Assembly (NCBI GenBank): GCA_035541455.1
Contig: DATKNH010000013.1
Location: 4,780-68,779, forward strand
Length of the DNA stretch: 64,000 nucleotides
Source of the DNA: Syntrophorhabdales bacterium
GTDB taxonomy: Bacteria; Desulfobacterota; Syntrophorhabdia; Syntrophorhabdales; WCHB1-27
Direction of reading: 5' to 3'
Shown here: positions 58,873 through 64,000 of the stretch, piece by piece
How the letters are laid out: each line of letters opens with the position of its first letter
Numbering within the stretch: position 1 is the stretch's first letter
Translations under genes and position numbers: made by a program
The notes under the pieces: model-generated
The model's database searches: none
Seen by the model: only the letters and a program-made list of their open reading frames with translations
What the model was told of the DNA's origin: nothing

Positions 58873-61782
58873 TTACTCCTTCGCCTCTTCCTCCAGGCCC
58901 ATCAGAATGAAGGGGAGCCTCAAGCTCTCGGAAGTCATTACCGTGCGCGCATTCAACAAGATCCTCTTTTGCTGTCCGCCCGGAAGATGGTACATCGTCG
59001 CGTAGTTCTCGATGAACGAGTCTTTGGGAAGGACCTGCTCCAGGAGGCGCCGCAACTCGGGGATATCGAGCTGGCTGCCCGCGATCTCGTAGATGAGCTT
59101 GCCTTCGGCCCCGCGCTCATCCAAGCCTAACATCCTGTAGAAGGAGCGGTTAGCCGTGACAACACTGAGGTCTTCCGAAAGAGTAACGAGCGGCTGTTTC
59201 ACGGTATCGACCGTGGCTTGAGCAAAATCCCGGGCCACGCGCACTTTTTCAACCATGGCCGTCTCTTCTGCCGCCTTTTTGATTGCAGTGATGCTGTTGA
59301 AGGTTATGACGGCCCCGCCGATCTGGTTCTCGCCCGTCCTGTAGGGCCGGACCCGCATGAGGTACCACTCGCCGTTTTTAGTCTGGACGTCCTTTTCCCT
59401 GGCCTGCAGTGTTGCAAGCACATTCCGTGCTTCTTCGGTAAGATCGATGTCCGAAAGAGTCGTTGCAATGTCACGGATTGGGCGGCCGACATCCGAAGGA
59501 AGGAGATTGGCGACTTCCTTGATGTCTGTGGTGAAGCTCCTGATCTTCAGTTCGGTATCCACGAAAATGGTGCCCACATTCACGCTGTCAAGAAGATTTT
59601 TTATATCGGATTCCGCGCGGGCCAGTTGCCGGACTTTCTCCTCGAGCTCCGAGTTGACCGTTACCAGCTCTTCATTGATCGACTGGAGCTCTTCCTTGGA
59701 TGTTTCCAGCTCTTCGTTTGTCGACTGGAGCTCTTCGTTGGACGACTGGAGCTCTTCGCTCGTCGACTTCTGCTCCTCCACCGCCGTCTGCAGCTCCTCT
59801 ATCGCAATCTGGAAGTCTTCCCTGGTGCGCCGCAGTTCCTCCTCCAGCTCGCTCACCCGTTTGTCGTCCTGCCCTTTCTTGCCGACCGCGCCCCGCCGTG
59901 CGCCCTCTTGCGGCTTCGGCAGGCTCACCTCTTCGAAGACCACAATATACAGGCCTTCAACGTTGGAGAGCGATTTTGCCTTCAATCGTACCCCGATCTG
60001 CCCGCCGTTCTGGTCAATCCTGAGTTCCGGTGATACGGCTTCCGTCTTCTGCGCGATGGCCTTATGCAGCGCCGCATGCAGCCCGGTCCGCAGGCCCTTC
60101 TTGGCCATGTCGTAAATATTGAAGCGGGGCCCGCCGGGGGCAGGTTCGAGAAAACGCGCGGTCTGGCCCTGGATGTGCACAATGCCTCCGACTTCATCCA
60201 CTACAACGCACGGAGGGGAGAAATGCTCGAGGATCTCCTGTTTCGCCGCCTCTTTCGCCGTAACTTCCTTGGGCTGGCCGTCGGCAAGGGACGCGGGCTG
60301 GCGCCGGTAGACGCCTGCCGCGGTGTCCGTCTGAAAGACCGGAAAGCCCTGCCTCGGTTTCGCCTCGCAGAACTTCCACTTCCGTCCGATCACCTCGAAG
60401 AGATCGTTGCGGCTCCCTACGGTCTCCGATGCGCCGAGGAAGAGGATCCCCCCGGGATTGAGGCTGTAGTGAAACGTTTCGAGCAGCCGCTTCTGGGCGT
60501 CGGTCCGTAGATAGATCATGAGGTTCCGGCAGGAGACGAGGTCGAGCTTGGTGAAGGGCGGGTCCTTGAGCACGTTCTGCACGGCGAAGACGATCTTGTC
60601 CCGCTGCTCTTTCTTGATCCTGTAGCCGTGATCCTCCGCCGTGAAGTAGCGATGCAGCCGCTCCTCGCTCACGTCCGCGGCGATATCCAGCGGGTAGAAA
60701 CCGATGCGGGCCTGTTCCACCGAGGATTCATCAACATCCGTCGCGAAGAGGTGGATCTCGAAACGCTTGCCGACCAATCGGCCGAATTCGTCGAGCAGCA
60801 TCGCGAGGGAATAGGCTTCCTCTCCGGTCGAGCAGCCGGCCACCCAGCCCCGGATGACATCGCCCTCCTGACGCTTCGCCAGAAGCTTCGGCAGGATCTC
60901 CTCCGCGAACGCCCCGTAAGCGCCCGGGTCCCTGAAAAAACTGGTGACCCTGATCAGGAGATCCCGAAGCAGCAGCGGCGCCTCTTCACGGTGTTCGTCC
61001 AGGTAGGTCAGATACTGTTCGGGCTCGCGGATATCGAGCACGTTCATCCGGCGGCGCACGCGTCTGAGGACCGTGTTCATCTTGTAGAGGGAAAAATCGT
61101 GTCCCGTGGATTGCCTGAGGCTGGCGAAAATCCGGGACATCACGGGTTCGACCTGCTCTGCCGTCACCGGGGACTGGACCACCGGGAGCTGCTGCACGTA
61201 GCGTTCGAGCAGTTGTCCGATTTGTTCCGGTGTCACAATGTGGTCGGTAATGCCGGTGCTGATCGCGCTTTCAGGCATCTGCGCGTACTGCGCGGAGGCC
61301 GGCTCCTGTACGATGGTGATGCCTCCGGCGCCGTGTATCTCGCGCAGGCCTATGGTGCCATCGGAACCGGTGCCCGACAGCACGATGCCGATGGCCGCTT
61401 CGCCTTTTTCTCTCGCCAGAGCGCGGAAGAGGAAGTCGATCGGCATGCGCACCCCGTCGGCCGGGGGGGAGCTCAGACTCAGGACCCCTTTGTCGAGGGA
61501 GAGGAACTTGCCCGGCGGGATCATGTAGGCGTGGCCGGATTCGATCTTCATTCCCTCTCTCGCTTCCAGAACGGGCATCTTGGTCATCCTGGAGAGAATA
61601 TCGACAAGCATGCTCGGCCGGTCGGGCTGGAGGTGCTGGACAAGGATAAATGCCGCCTCAAGTTTCGGAGAAAGCGTGGAAAAGAGTGCCTGGAGGACCT
61701 CGACGCCGCCGGCGGACGAGCCGATGCCGACAACCGGAAAGACGCTCCCCTCAGGTTTCTCGTGCTGATCCTTTTCTTTCAT
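58873..61782 (-). CDS. CheB methylesterase - CheR methyltransferase - PAS - coiled coil - PAS fusion protein
   Basis: 969 aa. FPVVGIGSSAGGVEVLQALF (CheB-type), a CheR SAM-dependent domain (VAGCSTGEEAYSLAMLL), the heptad run EELQTAVEEQKSTSEELQSSNEELQSTNEELETSKEELQSINEEL, and PAS-like modules. Confidence 0.85.
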   Translation of the reverse strand: MKEKDQHEKPEGSVFPVVGIGSSAGGVEVLQALFSTLSPKLEAAFILVQHLQPDRPSMLVDILSRMTKMPVLEAREGMKIESGHAYMIPPGKFLSLDKGVLSLSSPPADGVRMPIDFLFRALAREKGEAAIGIVLSGTGSDGTIGLREIHGAGGITIVQEPASAQYAQMPESAISTGITDHIVTPEQIGQLLERYVQQLPVVQSPVTAEQVEPVMSRIFASLRQSTGHDFSLYKMNTVLRRVRRRMNVLDIREPEQYLTYLDEHREEAPLLLRDLLIRVTSFFRDPGAYGAFAEEILPKLLAKRQEGDVIRGWVAGCSTGEEAYSLAMLLDEFGRLVGKRFEIHLFATDVDESSVEQARIGFYPLDIAADVSEERLHRYFTAEDHGYRIKKEQRDKIVFAVQNVLKDPPFTKLDLVSCRNLMIYLRTDAQKRLLETFHYSLNPGGILFLGASETVGSRNDLFEVIGRKWKFCEAKPRQGFPVFQTDTAAGVYRRQPASLADGQPKEVTAKEAAKQEILEHFSPPCVVVDEVGGIVHIQGQTARFLEPAPGGPRFNIYDMAKKGLRTGLHAALHKAIAQKTEAVSPELRIDQNGGQIGVRLKAKSLSNVEGLYIVVFEEVSLPKPQEGARRGAVGKKGQDDKRVSELEEELRRTREDFQIAIEELQTAVEEQKSTSEELQSSNEELQSTNEELETSKEELQSINEELVTVNSELEEKVRQLARAESDIKNLLDSVNVGTIFVDTELKIRSFTTDIKEVANLLPSDVGRPIRDIATTLSDIDLTEEARNVLATLQAREKDVQTKNGEWYLMRVRPYRTGENQIGGAVITFNSITAIKKAAEETAMVEKVRVARDFAQATVDTVKQPLVTLSEDLSVVTANRSFYRMLGLDERGAEGKLIYEIAGSQLDIPELRRLLEQVLPKDSFIENYATMYHLPGGQQKRILLNARTVMTSESLRLPFILMGLEEEAKE

Positions 61783-61820
61783 CGCACCCTCCTTTCTTCC
61801 GATGGGCGATCGCTCACTGC

Positions 61821-61950
61821 GTTCGCTAGGACGACCGCTTACGCTAGGACGACCGCACTACGTTGCCTAGGACGCAAAAAGCTTTTTCGTCCATCGTCCT
61901 AGGGAGCGAAAGCGACCGGTCGTCCCTCGTCCATCGGTAATTATCGTCCC
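61821..61950. repeat. Composite direct and inverted repeat structure in the kinase / CheB-CheR intergenic region
   Basis: GCTAGGACGACCGC occurs twice (61825-61838, 61843-61856). CCTAGGACG (61866-61874) faces CGTCCTAGG (61895-61903) around the perfect palindrome AAAAAGCTTTTT (61876-61887). Further CGTCC copies start at 61888, 61921, 61928 and 61945, and CGGTCGTCC lies at 61917-61925. Confidence 0.8.
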
Positions 61951-61965
61951 TCTTCCATCTGTCTT

Positions 61966-64000
61966 TTACTTCCCACCCCCTTCGAGCGTCTGTTTCACCA
62001 CGACAGCCAGCTGTTCGCGGGTAAGAGGCTTCATGAGAAATCCCTTGATACCCGCATCTTTGGCGGTCTTCTCATCGACCGTCGCGCTGTAGCCGGTGCA
62101 CAAGAGTATCGGGATGTCCGGCCGCACCTGCAATAACCGCTTGGCAAGCGTGAGGCCCGTCATGCGGGGCATGGCCTGGTCCGTGATCACAAGGTCGAAG
62201 CGGCCGGGCTCTCGCGAGAAAAGCTCCACTGCCTTCTGGGGGTCTGTCTCGGCGTGGACTCTATAGCCGAGCCCCGAGAGCGACTGCTCCACCATGGAGG
62301 CTATCAGCTCTTCATCATCGACAACGAGTATGCTGCCGCTGCCCGTGGGAAGAAGCGCCGGTTTTGCCGCAGCATCTCCAGGGGCACGCTCCTCTCCCTT
62401 GGGAAGAAAGACCCTAAATGTGGAACCCTTCCCCTTTCTGCTGGATACCGTGATAGCTCCTCCATGCGACTTGACGATACCATAGACTACGGAAAGGCCG
62501 AGGCCTGAGCCCTTGCCCTGACCCTTGGTGGTAAAGAAGGGCTCGAAGATCCTCTGCCTGACTGAATCGTCCATGCCTTCGCCGGTGTCGGCAACGGAGA
62601 GCACGAGATAGTCGCCGGTATTGAGATCGGGGTCTGGAAGCAGATTCTGCGTATCAAGGGTGATCTCGCGCAGCGCAATCGTCATCACCCCTCCCTCGGC
62701 CATTGCCTGGGCTGCGTTCGTCGTGAGGTTCAGGAGCACCTGCTGCATCTGCGTGGGGTCTGCGATGACGGTGTCGTGCTCGGCTTCCAAATCGAGCCGT
62801 ATGTCTATTGTGGTGCTGATGGTGCTGCGCAGCAGCTTTGCCGTCTCTGTTATCAGAGGCATGAGACTGAGCGGCTGCGCGTGCTGAGCCGATTTGCGGC
62901 TGAAGGCAAGTATTTGCTTGACGAGATCGCGGCCCCGGAGTGCCGCAGTGAAAACCCGTTTGAGTTGGTGGGAACCGGGGGAGCCTTCCGGCATGCCGTC
63001 GAGCGCAAGCTCCGTATTGCCGATGATGATCGCAAGGAGGTTGTTGAAATCGTGGGCTATGCCGCCGGACAGCGTGCCTACGGCTTCCAGCCGCTGCGAC
63101 TCGCGAAGCTGCTGCTCAAGCTCCGCCTCACGGGTAATGTCGCGTGCCAGGACAACATATGTTATGACGCCTGATGCGTCTTTGACCGGCGAGACCCGCA
63201 CGTCGCATTGCGACCCGGCGCCGTCCTTCCTCGGCAAGCTCATGCGGCCCGACCAGGGCTCACCCGTGGCGATGGCGTCGACGATGGAGCGCATCACCGG
63301 AGAAGCGCCGTCCTGCTCTGCAAGGGCTTCGATTGTGTTGCCTTCCAGCTCGGTTTTCTCATGTCCCGCTATAGCACCAAAAGCGGTGTTAACGTAGCGC
63401 AGCGCGCCGTCCCGCTCCACTACGGCGATCCCCTCCTCTGCAGCCTGGATTGCCGCCGCAAGCTTCCGACGGGTCTCTTCCTCCTCCCTTTGCCGCGTCA
63501 CGTCTGTGGCGATGACGAGTACGGACGCAATGCGCCCGTTGACGTCGATCTCGGGCGCCGCTCTCCAGGAGAAATACTTTCTCCCTTTCTTTGTGGCGAT
63601 CTCCAGATCGGTCGATACTACATCCCTTGTCCTGAATGCTTCCCTGATGGCCGTATCTAACCGGTCGGCGGTCTCCGGGGGAAGGCCGAGCCGTTGGTGC
63701 GTCTTTCCGATCGGCTTACTCGGATCGATGCCGATAAAGCGCTGGAACGCTCTGTTCGCGAACGTACAATGAAGGTTCCCGTCGAACCGCAGGATCAAAT
63801 CCGGGGCGTTGTCGGCGAGCGATCGATAGTCCTGCCAGAGCCTCGCCGTTATCTCCTCATTCTTCTTCTCTTTCGTGATATCACGAAGATAGACAAGGAG
63901 CCCGCGGCTGTCCGACGGATAGGCGCGCACATCAAGCCACCTTCGGGCGACCAGGGAGAAGTCTTGAAACGCGACAGGCCTCCGCTCTGTCAGCGCCTGG
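61966..64000 (-). CDS. Hybrid sensor histidine kinase (PAS-PAS-HisKA-HATPase-REC), 5' end beyond the window
   Basis: HisKA is GGIAHDFNNLL. HATPase is DTGEGMD...GSGLGLS. The C-terminal receiver is ILVVDDEE...DLVITDQAMP. The reading frame stays open upstream of the track start (GTG 63930) to position 64000. Confidence 0.85.
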   Translation of the reverse strand, partial: QALTERRPVAFQDFSLVARRWLDVRAYPSDSRGLLVYLRDITKEKKNEEITARLWQDYRSLADNAPDLILRFDGNLHCTFANRAFQRFIGIDPSKPIGKTHQRLGLPPETADRLDTAIREAFRTRDVVSTDLEIATKKGRKYFSWRAAPEIDVNGRIASVLVIATDVTRQREEEETRRKLAAAIQAAEEGIAVVERDGALRYVNTAFGAIAGHEKTELEGNTIEALAEQDGASPVMRSIVDAIATGEPWSGRMSLPRKDGAGSQCDVRVSPVKDASGVITYVVLARDITREAELEQQLRESQRLEAVGTLSGGIAHDFNNLLAIIIGNTELALDGMPEGSPGSHQLKRVFTAALRGRDLVKQILAFSRKSAQHAQPLSLMPLITETAKLLRSTISTTIDIRLDLEAEHDTVIADPTQMQQVLLNLTTNAAQAMAEGGVMTIALREITLDTQNLLPDPDLNTGDYLVLSVADTGEGMDDSVRQRIFEPFFTTKGQGKGSGLGLSVVYGIVKSHGGAITVSSRKGKGSTFRVFLPKGEERAPGDAAAKPALLPTGSGSILVVDDEELIASMVEQSLSGLGYRVHAETDPQKAVELFSREPGRFDLVITDQAMPRMTGLTLAKRLLQVRPDIPILLCTGYSATVDEKTAKDAGIKGFLMKPLTREQLAVVVKQTLEGGGK

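Noticed and set aside
59640-59830. Degenerate 21-bp tandem repeats that might suggest a CRISPR-like or satellite array.
   Set aside because: They lie inside the CheB-CheR ORF and encode the heptad coiled coil (EELQSxN repeats). There is no spacer structure.

Overview
64-kb chromosomal window with no rRNA, tRNA, CRISPR array or intact mobile element that I could recognise. The gene content (UbiD decarboxylases, 2-oxoacid:ferredoxin oxidoreductases, TRAP transporters, in-frame TGA in redox motifs) suggests a strictly anaerobic, aromatic-compound-degrading bacterium; this is inference only. Blocks, left to right. (1) 7-10486, minus strand: a phenol-type activation and carboxylation locus. It has split PEP-synthase-like PpsA/PpsB homologs, one UbiD-family enzyme and two tandem KdsC-like HAD proteins. 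It also has a divergent LysR regulator and unusual extras: a UPF0261/Tm-1-like ATP-binding protein, a small possible LpdD-like protein, a Trp-rich membrane protein and a 215-aa internally duplicated protein. Its two minus-strand operons carry the same promoter and T-N11-A box architecture. (2) 10894-22413: AmpG, a PLD-type cardiolipin synthase, three trehalose genes (treT, treZ, treY) and an MscS-type channel. (3) 22388-31582: a run of small secreted, lipoprotein or stress-type genes, an unannotated 56-aa UPF0391 ORF and an MMPL/RND remnant. (4) 33503-35559: a redox locus with a glutaredoxin-like gene whose first CxxC cysteine codon is TGA (selenocysteine). It is followed by a TrxB/AhpF-like flavoprotein, and on the other strand sits a small ORF that makes sense only if two in-frame TGA codons (U-x-x-U) are read through. 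(5) 37199-58158: an acid-catabolism island. It holds a second UbiD enzyme, a LarA-like nickel-pincer racemase homolog, one DctQM permease with four DctP and one TAXI binding proteins, and two GntR regulators. It also holds two divergent 2-oxoacid oxidoreductase operons, each with a built-in flavoprotein; one has a five-gene PadEFGHI-like layout. (6) 58248-64000: a decayed integrase fragment, a CheB-CheR-PAS fusion and a hybrid histidine kinase that runs off the window. A family of related intercistronic hairpin repeats built from AAGGNN / NNCCTT words recurs through the catabolic operons. All calls come from reading the ORF translations and the DNA by eye. Start codons were chosen from Shine-Dalgarno context and are approximate. 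No searches were run.
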